Assembly (NCBI GenBank): GCA_963630775.1
Contig: CAVGNU010000001.1
Location: 28,607-92,606 of the forward strand
Origin: Bacteroides fragilis
GTDB taxonomy: Bacteria; Pseudomonadota; Alphaproteobacteria; Rs-D84
DNA length: 64,000 nt
Direction of reading: 5' to 3'
Part shown: piece after piece, positions 27,883 through 37,991 of the stretch
Position numbering within the stretch: position 1 is the stretch's first letter
Layout: every line of letters begins with the position of its first letter
Made by a program: the position numbers and the translations under genes
Notes under the pieces: generated by a model
Database searches by the model: none
What the model was told of the DNA's origin: nothing
The model's input: the letters and a program-made list of their open reading frames with translations, nothing else

Positions 27883-28688
27883 AACTGGTACTGATGGGAA
27901 CACCAGAATTTGTTGTTCCGATGTTTGATGCAATTTATAACGCGGGTCACGAAATATTGGCGGTGTTTACGCGTGGGCCAAAGCCCGTTGGTCGCAAACA
28001 GGTGTTGACCAAATCGCCCGTGCACGTGTGGGCGGAATCAAAAAATATTCCCGTGTTTAACCGTGCGTCTGAGTATAATTTTTCACCTGATATGGTTGTG
28101 GTGGTGTCATATGGTGTGATATTGCGCGACAATGTTTTGTCGTCCGCACCATGCATCAATATTCATCCTAGTGATCTGCCGAACTATCGCGGTGCATCAC
28201 CAATAAAGACCGCAATTTACAATGGTGATGCGCACAGTGCAGTGTGCCTGATGCAAATCACACCAGAAATGGACGCGGGCGATGTGTACATGCGTCGTGC
28301 ATTTGATATTGGCGACGATGATACCAACGACGATATTGAAAATCGTGTGTCAAAAATCGGTACGGAAATGTTGGTTGAATATTTGGCAAATCCCGCGGCG
28401 TATGCGCCGGTGCCACAAACAGGCACACCAACATTCACGCGTAAATGGACAGGGGCGGACGAAATTATCGATTGGTCGCGTGGTGCGTGTGCGGTACATA
28501 ACCAGATTCGCGCACTGGGGGCGGGACGCACAAAAATCAATGGCACAGATGTCAAGATTCTGCGTACACGCATTGCACAAACTGGTGAATTGGAAATCTT
28601 GCAAATTCAACCAGTGGGCAAAAAGCCAATGGATTGGAAAAGTTTTACAAATGGCCTGCGTGGCGCAGGAATAAAGATAGGGGAATAG
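27879..28688 (+). CDS. fmt: methionyl-tRNA formyltransferase
   Basis: N-terminal formyl-transferase domain with HPSDLPNYRGASPI. Shorter C-terminal domain (269 aa). def-fmt-truA synteny. Confidence 0.85.
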   Translation: MKLVLMGTPEFVVPMFDAIYNAGHEILAVFTRGPKPVGRKQVLTKSPVHVWAESKNIPVFNRASEYNFSPDMVVVVSYGVILRDNVLSSAPCINIHPSDLPNYRGASPIKTAIYNGDAHSAVCLMQITPEMDAGDVYMRRAFDIGDDDTNDDIENRVSKIGTEMLVEYLANPAAYAPVPQTGTPTFTRKWTGADEIIDWSRGACAVHNQIRALGAGRTKINGTDVKILRTRIAQTGELEILQIQPVGKKPMDWKSFTNGLRGAGIKIGE

Positions 28689-28689
28689 T

Positions 28690-28923
28690 ATGAAATTTGG
28701 CAAAGATGATAAACCTTGTTCATACGGCACCAGACATAACGCCGATTTTCCACGTTGGTGTCAGTTCTGCAAACATTTTGGTTCAATGTACGTGTGGCAC
28801 GCATGCTATCATTCTTGGTTTGCCCGTTTTGGGTGGAAAAATCCAAAATTGGTGAACTATGATGATTGCTGTCGGCATTTCAAATACGCAAAAATATATG
28901 CTGATCAACAGAAAACAAAATAA
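28690..28923 (+). CDS. hypothetical Cys/His/Trp-rich small protein
   Basis: 77-aa ORF filling the fmt-truA gap. No RBS or known motif. Confidence 0.25.
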   Translation: MKFGKDDKPCSYGTRHNADFPRWCQFCKHFGSMYVWHACYHSWFARFGWKNPKLVNYDDCCRHFKYAKIYADQQKTK

Positions 28924-28929
28924 CATATA

Positions 28930-29688
28930 ATGACACGATTCCGCATAACACTTGAATACGATGGCACGGATTTAATTGGCTGGCAAGAAAACCGCCAAGG
29001 TCCATCTGTGCAGTCTATTTTACGCGATGCAATTTTTGCATTTTGCGCCGTGCGCCCCAGTATTGTTGCGGCGGGTCGTACCGATGCGGGCGTGCATGCG
29101 TTGGGAATGGTTGCGCATTTTGATTTGGATGGGGCGTTTGACGCAAATACCGTGATGAGTGCGGTAAATTTTTATCTGACCGATAAACCCGTGGTCATAT
29201 TGTCGTGCGATGTGGTGGCGGATGACTTTAACGCGCGATTTGATTGCGTGGCGCGCCATTATCGCTATGTCGTGCTGAACCGTCGCGCCGCGCCGGTGTT
29301 GAACAAGAATCGTGTATGGTGGGTTCCGCGTGAACTGGATGTTGACGCAATGCGCGTCGCCGCCACGCGCCTGATGGGGCATCATGACTTTACCAGTTTT
29401 CGCGCCACCCAGTGTCAGGCAAAAAGCCCGATAAAAACATTGGACACTTGCAATATTATGACTGATGGCGACAACGTGATTTTTGAATTTTCTGCGCGTT
29501 CATTTTTGCATCATCAGGTACGTAATATGGTTGGTACATTGGTTGAAATTGGTCTGGGCAAACCATACGATATTGATGAAATATTTGCTGCGCACAATCG
29601 CAGTGCCGCGGGGCCAACCGCACCGGCATCAGGATTGTATTTTATTTCTGCGGATTATGCCACGGACGCGTCGCGTTCAGATATTTGA
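28930..29688 (+). CDS. truA: tRNA pseudouridine(38-40) synthase
   Basis: N-terminus MTRFRITLEYDGT…GWQ. Catalytic Asp in GRTDAGVHA. Confidence 0.9.
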   Translation: MTRFRITLEYDGTDLIGWQENRQGPSVQSILRDAIFAFCAVRPSIVAAGRTDAGVHALGMVAHFDLDGAFDANTVMSAVNFYLTDKPVVILSCDVVADDFNARFDCVARHYRYVVLNRRAAPVLNKNRVWWVPRELDVDAMRVAATRLMGHHDFTSFRATQCQAKSPIKTLDTCNIMTDGDNVIFEFSARSFLHHQVRNMVGTLVEIGLGKPYDIDEIFAAHNRSAAGPTAPASGLYFISADYATDASRSDI

Positions 29689-31576
29689 CCCGTCCCGATG
29701 GGTAAATCATAATCCCGCCATCGTGCAAGATTTTGTTCGCACATTGTGGCGCATCAATATGAAAATATGACACAATATAATCAATGCTGTCATCTTTGCA
29801 TAATGCAATAATATTATTCATCAATGGTACAAATTTCTGAATATATACCAATGTAAATTCTGGCGCGTAATATGTGTAGACGCCGTGTGCGTGCACATAG
29901 CGCGGATTTGGGGTGTCTGTGACTTCGCCATTTATTTGTTTCCATGTGTTGAATGCAAAGTAATGATTTGATGCGCGTGATTTGTTAAATTTCAGTTTTC
30001 CATTTTCGATAAACCCAACCAATTCATGATCTGGTGTTGCATAAAATACTGGTCGTGGTGTGGCAACGACAACCACCACCCCAATAATTGCAATTATACA
30101 CGCTGATACGTAATTCACGCGTCGCCGCACACCGCAAATAAACATCAGCACGCATCCCGCCGCAATAAATATAATCAGTGCGGTATTCGGCATATGTGGC
30201 ATTGGCAAACTGGCATACGGTAAATTTGTAATTATGTGCGCAATGCGCAGGCCCGTATCATAAATCATCGCCGCCAGCATCAATGGTGCATGCCACCCCA
30301 ACATTGCGGTCAATGTTCCCACGATAACCAATGGCATAATCGCAATTGAAAATATCGGCAACAGCACCAGATTGCCAATCAAACTGTATAACGGAAATGT
30401 CCCAAAGTGCGCAATTACAAACGGTGCGGTAAATACAGTTGCGATTATTGATGTCAGTGCCGCCGTGCATAAAACTTTCAGAATTTTATGTTCTGGCATT
30501 TTTGGTTTTATTACGCCCCAGAACCAAATCAGTCCAAATATCGCCGCAAATGATAATTGAAATCCAGCCTGCATGACATAGTGCGGATTTATCAAAATTA
30601 TAATCCACATTGCAACGCACACGTTGCGCAGTGATATTGCACTGCGTCCGAATACCACAGCAGCAAATATCAGTGTCGTCATCAGAAATGCACGCATTGT
30701 TGCCACATCGCAGCCCGACAGGAACAGATATAATATCAGTCCCAACCACGCGCAAATCGTTGCCGGCACTCGTGCGGGCACGCGTCGTGTAATTGGTGCA
30801 ATCAGCCGACATATAGAATAAAATAATACAAACAGCCACCCACCAACCAGTGTCATATGAAACCCGCTGATTGACCATACGTGTCCAACACCAGTTGCCG
30901 TCCATGTTGGACTGTCGTCGCGTGGAACTGCATTCTTGTATCCCAATACCAGACTGTCAACCAAGAACGAATTGGAGTTATTGTGAATTGCATCGCGCAC
31001 GGTGTTCATATTATGCGGCGGGTCATGCGATATGATGTCATAATCCTTGATATAGCCCGTCGCCGTCAAATGATTAAAGTACGCCCATCGGGCATAGTTA
31101 AACGCGCCATCGGCATACGGGGCATTTGGACGATATAAATTGACCACTGCACGAATCGTATCACCAATGTTTATCGCACCCCCATCTGATATAGATGCCC
31201 GCACAACAGGCGTGCCAATGACGTCAATATATTGACCATCGGTCTGAATGCTCAGTCGGGTTTTAGCATCAGTGTAATCTATGTTTTTAACCACACCAAC
31301 AATTGTTCGGTCGCGAATGTCACGCGTCATTTGCGGTGTTGCTAAAATGTGGGTATATGCTGCCGCATACAGCGCGCCAAAGATAAACAGGGCCATCGCC
31401 CGCACAACAATATATTTACGCAAAAATACCCCTGCTATAAATACTGCACACAACGCGCCGATTACAAATTTGCTGGGTTCAGTATTCAAAGAAAAATACA
31501 ACGCACACCCCATCGCCACCAAAAACGGCGTCCATAAAAACAGATTCAGGGATTGATTTTCAATAAACCGTTGCAT
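29642..31576 (-). CDS. comEC: ComEC/Rec2-family DNA internalisation competence protein
   Basis: Polytopic membrane protein with a Competence domain (…GVGHVWSISGFHMTLVGGWL…). Start set at ATG 31576 rather than ORF-track 31705, to avoid overlapping the divergent pyrG start. Lacks an obvious metallo-beta-lactamase C-terminal domain. Confidence 0.75.
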   Translation of the reverse strand: MQRFIENQSLNLFLWTPFLVAMGCALYFSLNTEPSKFVIGALCAVFIAGVFLRKYIVVRAMALFIFGALYAAAYTHILATPQMTRDIRDRTIVGVVKNIDYTDAKTRLSIQTDGQYIDVIGTPVVRASISDGGAINIGDTIRAVVNLYRPNAPYADGAFNYARWAYFNHLTATGYIKDYDIISHDPPHNMNTVRDAIHNNSNSFLVDSLVLGYKNAVPRDDSPTWTATGVGHVWSISGFHMTLVGGWLFVLFYSICRLIAPITRRVPARVPATICAWLGLILYLFLSGCDVATMRAFLMTTLIFAAVVFGRSAISLRNVCVAMWIIILINPHYVMQAGFQLSFAAIFGLIWFWGVIKPKMPEHKILKVLCTAALTSIIATVFTAPFVIAHFGTFPLYSLIGNLVLLPIFSIAIMPLVIVGTLTAMLGWHAPLMLAAMIYDTGLRIAHIITNLPYASLPMPHMPNTALIIFIAAGCVLMFICGVRRRVNYVSACIIAIIGVVVVVATPRPVFYATPDHELVGFIENGKLKFNKSRASNHYFAFNTWKQINGEVTDTPNPRYVHAHGVYTYYAPEFTLVYIQKFVPLMNNIIALCKDDSIDYIVSYFHIDAPQCANKILHDGGIMIYPSGRVKYLNATRPWHNPQK

Positions 31577-31655
31577 AACCAAATTATAGGAATTTATTTC
31601 GTTGCGTCGCAATGATAAATTTCGTATGATGAAAGTCCATAAGGGGGCAAATCTT

Positions 31656-33227
31656 ATGGCGAAATATATATTTATCACCGGTGGTGTTGTATCCAGTTTG
31701 GGCAAGGGCGTCGCAGCGGCAGGTTGTGGCGCTCTTCTTCAATCGCGCGGGTATTCCGTGCATGCGCGCAAATTTGATCCGTATTTGAATGTTGACCCTG
31801 GGACTATGTCGCCGTTCCAGCATGGCGAAGTGTACGTTACCCATGACGGGTTTGAAACGGATTTGGATTTGGGATATTACGAACGATTCTTGGGCGTACA
31901 ATTGTCGCGTAATGATTCTGTGTCGGGTGGACGTATTTATTGGGACGTGCTGAATGCCGAACGCCGTGGTGATTATTTGGGCGCGACGGTGCAAATGATT
32001 CCACACGTCAGCAATCGAATCAAAGAATACATTGCCGCCCCAACCAATACGGATTTTGTTGTGTGTGAAATTGGTGGTACGGTCGGTGATATAGAGGGAA
32101 AAATATTCCTGGAATCCATTCGCCAGTTTGCGAATGATGTCGGTCGCCGTAATGTAATGTTTGTGCACCTGACGCTGGCCCCATATTTGGAACAGAGTGG
32201 CGAATTAAAAACAAAACCAACCCAGATGTCTGTGCGTCGTCTGTTGGAAAACGGGATTCAGGCAGACATGCTGATTGTGCGCACGCCGCGTATGTTGACC
32301 GCAGACGAACGCGCCAAAATCGGTATGTTTTGTAATATGCCGGCAAAAAATGTAATCAGCGGGATTGATGTTGATAATATTTACAAAATTCCACTGGCCT
32401 ACGATGCCCAGAATGTTTTTAACATAATTGCTGAACATTTTGGATTGGAAAATCGCGCGGGCGATATGACAAAATTTCAACGCATATCAAATCATCTGGC
32501 GGCAGATTTGCCAACCGTACGAATAGGCATTGTTGGTAAATACTTTGATGTGCCTGATGCCTATAAATCACTGAATGCGGCATTGTTCCACGCGGGGATT
32601 CAGAATAATGTGCATGTCGCGTTAAAGAAAATAAATGCAGAAACATTTTCGCCATCTGATTGTGCGGATGTTGATGGCGTCCTTGTCCCTGGGGGATTTG
32701 GCGCGCGTGGTGTTGATGGCAAAATCGCAGCCGCCAATTATGCCAGAACAACGGGCACGCCGTATATGGGAATCTGTCTGGGTATGCAGGTCGCGGTAAT
32801 TGAATTTGCGCAAAATGTGCTGGGAATTAAAGATGCAAATTCCACAGAATTTGATGCGAATTGCACGCCCGTTATAAATATTATGCCAGACCACACGGGC
32901 GATATGGGTGGAACATTGCGTTTGGGCGCGTACCCGTGCGTGATTACGCCGCGTACGCATGCCGCCGAAATTTATGATACGAATAAAATATCAGAACGCC
33001 ATCGGCACCGCTACGAAATGGACATATCATTTGAAAAACAATTTTCTGATGCGGGCATGATTATCTCTGGACGCAGTCCAGACGGACGCCTGCCCGAAAT
33101 CGTAGAATTAGCAAATCACCCATTCTTTGTTGCGGGTCAATTTCATCCGGAATTTCAGTCCAGTCCATTTACCGGCCACCCAATGTTTAACGCATTTATT
33201 GCGGCGGCAATAAAACATAAAAAATAA
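31656..33227 (+). CDS. pyrG: CTP synthase
   Basis: AAGGGGG RBS. N-terminus MAKYIFITGGVVSSLGKG. C-terminal glutamine amidotransferase domain with GICLGMQ. Confidence 0.95.
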   Translation: MAKYIFITGGVVSSLGKGVAAAGCGALLQSRGYSVHARKFDPYLNVDPGTMSPFQHGEVYVTHDGFETDLDLGYYERFLGVQLSRNDSVSGGRIYWDVLNAERRGDYLGATVQMIPHVSNRIKEYIAAPTNTDFVVCEIGGTVGDIEGKIFLESIRQFANDVGRRNVMFVHLTLAPYLEQSGELKTKPTQMSVRRLLENGIQADMLIVRTPRMLTADERAKIGMFCNMPAKNVISGIDVDNIYKIPLAYDAQNVFNIIAEHFGLENRAGDMTKFQRISNHLAADLPTVRIGIVGKYFDVPDAYKSLNAALFHAGIQNNVHVALKKINAETFSPSDCADVDGVLVPGGFGARGVDGKIAAANYARTTGTPYMGICLGMQVAVIEFAQNVLGIKDANSTEFDANCTPVINIMPDHTGDMGGTLRLGAYPCVITPRTHAAEIYDTNKISERHRHRYEMDISFEKQFSDAGMIISGRSPDGRLPEIVELANHPFFVAGQFHPEFQSSPFTGHPMFNAFIAAAIKHKK

Positions 33228-33256
33228 AAATCCCCCCACGTGGGGGGATTTCTTAT
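33228..33256. terminator. bidirectional terminator (pyrG / RNHCP gene)
   Basis: AAAAATCCCCCCACGTGGGGGGATTTCTT. Confidence 0.75.
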
Positions 33257-33567
33257 TTGCCGAAAATAAAACCGTTATCTGCACTCAACCGTATTATTTC
33301 GTCCGTGTTATCGTCATCGGTTGTATGCTGACGTATTGTCTTGCTGCATTTCTCGCATCGGTGCGTAATTATAAATTGTACGCCGTCGGGCTGTGCCGCG
33401 ATTGGACGCATCATACCGCCACATGCGGCGGCACGGTCGCCAGGGGTATTGTCCACGTGGCGCGACCACAAACACACGGGGCAATGATTTGTATAACCAT
33501 TGCCCCGAACATGTGCACCACAGTGGGCGCATACAAAATTTTCAATCGTTTTGGTAAAGCGTTTCAT
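33253..33567 (-). CDS. RNHCP-domain zinc-ribbon protein
   Basis: Motif YTNHCPVCLWSRHVD plus additional CxxC pairs. Translationally coupled to the upstream gapR-like gene. Confidence 0.65.
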   Translation of the reverse strand: MKRFTKTIENFVCAHCGAHVRGNGYTNHCPVCLWSRHVDNTPGDRAAACGGMMRPIAAQPDGVQFIITHRCEKCSKTIRQHTTDDDNTDEIIRLSADNGFIFGK

Positions 33568-33815
33568 TACAATCCCAATGCGCTGCGGTACATTTGGGTC
33601 AATTCGTCTGCTTCGTCTAATTCATCAGGATCCAGTTTACGCAGACGTATCATTTGGCGAATATATTTCGGGTCAAATCCTGCGGATTTCGCCTCGCTAA
33701 AAATCTCTTTGATGTCAGCCGCGATTGCTGCGGAATCTTCGTTTAATTTTTCGATACGTTGAATAATACTCAGCAACTGTTGGTTATCAATTGCGCCGTG
33801 ATTTGCGTTTTTCAT
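33567..33815 (-). CDS. gapR: GapR-like nucleoid-associated protein (DUF2312/UPF0335)
   Basis: 82 aa. …QLLSIIQRIEKLNEDSAAIAADIKEIFSEAKSAGFDPKYIRQMIRLRK…MYRSALGL matches the alphaproteobacterial GapR family. AAGGGGA RBS. Confidence 0.75.
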   Translation of the reverse strand: MKNANHGAIDNQQLLSIIQRIEKLNEDSAAIAADIKEIFSEAKSAGFDPKYIRQMIRLRKLDPDELDEADELTQMYRSALGL

Positions 33816-33907
33816 GCTTGTTTTCCCCTTGTCTCTTTATGGTTTTTATGATATAGCATAATTCGTAAAAATCAAGAAAAACGAAAGACAACAAAAAGCG
33901 GAAAAAT

Positions 33908-35278
33908 ATGAATAAATTTACAAAAATTACAGCATCAATCGGCCCAAAATGCGAAGATGCCGAAACACTGCGCCGCATGTTCTTGGCGGGCGTGAATGTT
34001 TGTCGTATCAATTTCAGTCATGATACCGGCGATGTTCAGGGTGAAAAAATCGATTTAATTCGTCGCACGGCGCGTGCGGCTGGGGTTCATGTCGCGGTCT
34101 TGGTTGACTTGCAGGGGCCAAAGCATCGTATTGGTAACTTTGCCACCGAAGATAAATATCCATTGAAAATTGGCCAGACATTCACATTTGATAATAATCC
34201 AACCCCCGGGGACAGTACCCGCGTCCAACTGCCACACGATGATGTGTTAAAGTCATTGAATGTTGGCGACAGAATTTTGTTAAACGATGGAAAAATCGAA
34301 ATGCGTGTAACGGGCGTTGAAACCGGCAAAATAATCGCAACGGTTGTGCGTGGTGACGAAATTTGGTCGCGTCGTGGATTTAATTTGCCAGACACCGATG
34401 TTGCAACATCTGTCCTGACGCCCAAGGACAAGAATGATTTGGAATATGCAATTACCAAGAATCCTGATTGGGTTGCAATCTCGTTCGTACAGCGTTCCGA
34501 AGACGTGGCAGAGGTTCGCGATTTCATCACCGCGCGTACATCACACCCGATAAAGATTATTGCAAAAATCGAACGTCCAAATGCGGTTGAGCGTATTGCA
34601 GAAATCGCATCTGCGGCCGATGGCATTATGATTGCGCGTGGCGATTTGGCAGTCGAAGTACCGTTTGAAACCGTGCCTGCAATTTCGCGCCATATTATTC
34701 GTACGTGCCGTACACTGAATCGTCCAGTTATTATGGCGACACAAATGTTGGGGACAATGGTGAACAGTGAATTTCCAACCCGCGCCGAAATCAGCGATGT
34801 TGCCAATGCGGCATACCTGCGCGCGGACTCAACCATGACATCCGAAGAAACCACAATCGGCATCAATCCGGTTGGTGTAATTGAAACAATGGCCAAGATT
34901 GTGACATACGCGGACTATGATGCGATTGCAAATTCGTATGACTGGTCACGCATTGAAAATGTTCCTGAAAACGATTGGTCGCGATCTGTGGCGTCCATGG
35001 CGTATTTGAATCGCGCATCGGCAATCGTTGTGTTTGCGCGCGATACGGTCGCCACAACCCAGATTTCTTGCCGCAAGCCCGATATCCCAATCATCGCCGT
35101 ATGTCGCGAAGATGTAATTGCAAACCAATTATGCCTGTCGCGTGGCGTATGCCCAATCTGTGATGAAACCTTGTTTGGCCAGCGCGATGCGTTTAACGCC
35201 GCGCGCGAATTTGGCATAACATCGGGGCATCTGGTTATCGTTGATGGCGATAAAATCAGTTTGCGCACATTGGATTAA
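33908..35278 (+). CDS. pyk: pyruvate kinase
   Basis: 456 aa, K+-site and …CRINFSHD…MIARGDLAVE… motifs. Followed by a terminator at 35277-35303. Confidence 0.9.
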   Translation: MNKFTKITASIGPKCEDAETLRRMFLAGVNVCRINFSHDTGDVQGEKIDLIRRTARAAGVHVAVLVDLQGPKHRIGNFATEDKYPLKIGQTFTFDNNPTPGDSTRVQLPHDDVLKSLNVGDRILLNDGKIEMRVTGVETGKIIATVVRGDEIWSRRGFNLPDTDVATSVLTPKDKNDLEYAITKNPDWVAISFVQRSEDVAEVRDFITARTSHPIKIIAKIERPNAVERIAEIASAADGIMIARGDLAVEVPFETVPAISRHIIRTCRTLNRPVIMATQMLGTMVNSEFPTRAEISDVANAAYLRADSTMTSEETTIGINPVGVIETMAKIVTYADYDAIANSYDWSRIENVPENDWSRSVASMAYLNRASAIVVFARDTVATTQISCRKPDIPIIAVCREDVIANQLCLSRGVCPICDETLFGQRDAFNAAREFGITSGHLVIVDGDKISLRTLD

Positions 35279-35353
35279 AAAACGCCCGTTTGGGCGTTTT
35301 TTTATGCTTATTGTTGTTGACCTGTATATGCGATTTTTACTAACATTGATGTT

Positions 35354-36526
35354 ATGAGAAGAATGGTACTATCCATATTTTTCCTGTGCATAATGATGTG
35401 TGGCGTGGCGCACGCGGCACAGTATCGCGCAGCACTGGTCGCGAATATGGACACGGGTCAGGTTTTAATCCGTGAAAATGCGAACCAGCCGAACTATCCC
35501 GCATCATTGACCAAGATTATGACGGTATATTTGACATTTGATGCACTGGAACACGGTCGCCTGCATTTGGACGATTATTTGATTGTGTCGAATTATGCGG
35601 CGGCGGCGTCCCCTGTGAAACTGGGGTTGGCCGCGGGCAGCAAGATTACCGTCGAAGATGCGATAAAGGCCGTGACGGTAATGAGTGCGAACGATGTCGC
35701 TCGCGTACTGGCCGAAAATTTGAAGGGTGGCAAAGAGGGTAATTTTGCCGACATGATGACGCGTGTCGCAAATGAAATCGGTCTGAAAAATACAAATTTT
35801 GAAAATTCGTCTGGCCTGCCAAACGATGATCATATGTCAACCGCGCGCGACATTGCACTGTTGTCCATGGCGGTGTATAAACATTTCCCGCAATACTGGA
35901 AATATTTCGGAATCAAAACATGGACATATAATGGTAAAACATATACCAATGGTAATCGTTTGCTGGGGACATATGCGGGCTGTGATGGTATGAAAACCGG
36001 ATTTACAAATAAATCGCGTTATTCATTGGTGGCAACGGCAAATCGTGGTGGCACGCACTTGATGGCGGTGGTCTTGGGTGCAGAAAGCAAAGACGTTCGT
36101 GCCGCGGTCGCAACGCAACTGTTAAATCGCGGTTTTGAAATGACAAAAAATAATTCCGCACCGATTGAACGTACAACACCCATCCAACCAATCGTCGCCG
36201 CGCAGCCAACGCAAACCACACCTGTCGCGACCGCATCAACATTTACGGCCGCATATAATGCGGCAACGGCAAACGCCGCGCCTGCATACAGCGCACCATC
36301 GGTCGCACGTGGTGGGGCGGGTGTTCAGTTCGGTGCGTTTACGTCGCGTGATGCCGCCGCGCAACAGGTTGCAAATGTTAAAAATAAATTGGGCGTTGTT
36401 GCCACAATTGAACAGGCACCAAATGGCATGTTTCGCGTGCGTGCAAATGGTATCACGGACGCAGCAGCAACCGAATTGCGTAATCGCGCAACGAACGCTG
36501 GCATTGACAGTTACGTATTTCATTAA
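35354..36526 (+). CDS. D-alanyl-D-alanine carboxypeptidase (PBP5/6 class) with C-terminal SPOR domain
   Basis: Signal peptide. SxxK (SLTKIM), SxN, KTG (KTGFT) motifs. C-terminal 80 aa SPOR-like (…GVQFGAFTSRDAAAQQV…FRVRANGI…). Confidence 0.85.
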   Translation: MRRMVLSIFFLCIMMCGVAHAAQYRAALVANMDTGQVLIRENANQPNYPASLTKIMTVYLTFDALEHGRLHLDDYLIVSNYAAAASPVKLGLAAGSKITVEDAIKAVTVMSANDVARVLAENLKGGKEGNFADMMTRVANEIGLKNTNFENSSGLPNDDHMSTARDIALLSMAVYKHFPQYWKYFGIKTWTYNGKTYTNGNRLLGTYAGCDGMKTGFTNKSRYSLVATANRGGTHLMAVVLGAESKDVRAAVATQLLNRGFEMTKNNSAPIERTTPIQPIVAAQPTQTTPVATASTFTAAYNAATANAAPAYSAPSVARGGAGVQFGAFTSRDAAAQQVANVKNKLGVVATIEQAPNGMFRVRANGITDAAATELRNRATNAGIDSYVFH

Positions 36527-36544
36527 TTAAATTGGTCAGGTATA

Positions 36545-37144
36545 ATGAATCAGAAAATTGAAAAGTTGATTAAACAGTTCGCGCGTCTGCCACGTGTTGG
36601 CTCGCGCGGGGCGCAGCGTATTGCATTGGCACTGTTACAGGAAAAAACCGGCCGCGCAGAAATATTGGCGATGGCAATCACAGACGCGGTGGAAAATGTC
36701 GCGCCATGCCCAAATTGCGGTATCTTGACCGACAGGGGCGCGGACAAATGTGAATATTGCCGTGATGCGTCGCGCGCAAACGGTGCGCTGTGTTTGGTGC
36801 GTGATTTGTCAGACGTTTGGACGCTTGAAAAATCTGCGGTGTTTCACGGTCGCTATCATATAATTGGCGGATTGCTGTCGGGGGCAAACGGCACAACGCC
36901 GGACGATTTGAATATTGCAAATTTGTCTGCGCGTATTCGCGATGAAAAAATAACCGAAATTATTTTTGCTTTACCTAATACGGTCGAGGGGAAAACAACC
37001 CAACACTATATCGTGTCTGTTTTAACAGACGTGCCAAACGTACGGTTCACAGAATTGGCGTCGGGCGTGCCATTGGGTGGTGATTTGGATTATTTGGATG
37101 ACGGCACATTGTCGTTGGCGTTCGGGGGGCGTAAAACAATATGA
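36545..37144 (+). CDS. recR: recombination protein RecR
   Basis: C4 zinc finger CPNCGILTD…CEYC, Toprim domain. Confidence 0.95.
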   Translation: MNQKIEKLIKQFARLPRVGSRGAQRIALALLQEKTGRAEILAMAITDAVENVAPCPNCGILTDRGADKCEYCRDASRANGALCLVRDLSDVWTLEKSAVFHGRYHIIGGLLSGANGTTPDDLNIANLSARIRDEKITEIIFALPNTVEGKTTQHYIVSVLTDVPNVRFTELASGVPLGGDLDYLDDGTLSLAFGGRKTI

Positions 37145-37962
37145 TGACGGTTGAAAATTTGCCTCCTGTTGCCGAAATGATGCGTGCGGCGGGCCTTGAG
37201 CCCAAAAAACAATTCGGCCAGAACTTTTTGTTTGATTTGAATTTGACGGGGCGTATCGCACGCAGTGTGCCTGATATCAAAAATACCGATGTTATGGAAA
37301 TAGGGCCGGGCCCGGCGGGATTGACGCGCGCATTGCTAATGGCGGGCGCACGCCGCGTTATTGCGATTGAAAAAGATACCGCGACCAAACCAATTCTTGA
37401 TGAAATTATTGTGGCGTCCGACGGGCGTCTGACGGTCGTATATGGTGATGCATTACGTGTTGATACGGCGCATTTTGGATTGGGCGAATATGCAATATGT
37501 GCAAACCTGCCGTATAATGTGGGAACGGAATTATTTACACGTTGGCTGATTGCAGCGGCATCTGGTGCGCCGATAAAGTCCATGACACTGATGTTCCAGC
37601 GCGAGGTGGCCCAGCGTATTACCGCCCACACGGGCGATACGCAGTACGGTCGTTTGGCAGTGCTGACATCACTGGTGGCGGACGCGCGTATATTGTTTGA
37701 TGTGCCCAGTACGGCGTTTGTTCCGCGTCCACGTGTGCAGTCGGCGGTCGTGTCTGTTATTCCAAACGCGGACAAAATCCGTGCTGTGGGCGACATAAAG
37801 AAATTGGAACAAATTACGGCAAAATTATTTGGCCAGCGTCGCAAGATGATACGTGGTATCATACCAAACGTTGATTGGGCGCGATATGATTTAACCGGTA
37901 CAGAACGCGCCGAAGAATTATCGCCCGAAAAATTTTTACAACTGGCACACGATTTGGTATAA
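37141..37962 (+). CDS. rsmA: 16S rRNA (adenine1518/1519-N6)-dimethyltransferase
   Basis: KsgA motifs FGQNFLFD, EIGPGPAGLT, NLPYNV. Confidence 0.9.
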   Translation: MMTVENLPPVAEMMRAAGLEPKKQFGQNFLFDLNLTGRIARSVPDIKNTDVMEIGPGPAGLTRALLMAGARRVIAIEKDTATKPILDEIIVASDGRLTVVYGDALRVDTAHFGLGEYAICANLPYNVGTELFTRWLIAAASGAPIKSMTLMFQREVAQRITAHTGDTQYGRLAVLTSLVADARILFDVPSTAFVPRPRVQSAVVSVIPNADKIRAVGDIKKLEQITAKLFGQRRKMIRGIIPNVDWARYDLTGTERAEELSPEKFLQLAHDLV

Positions 37963-37991
37963 TTCATGTGGGCACAGGAGGAGAGAATAAC

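Noticed and set aside
31577-31705. Longer comEC start (MPKLD… at 31705)
   Set aside because: Would overlap the divergent pyrG start codon and RBS. The internal ATG at 31576 gives a sensible divergent intergenic region.
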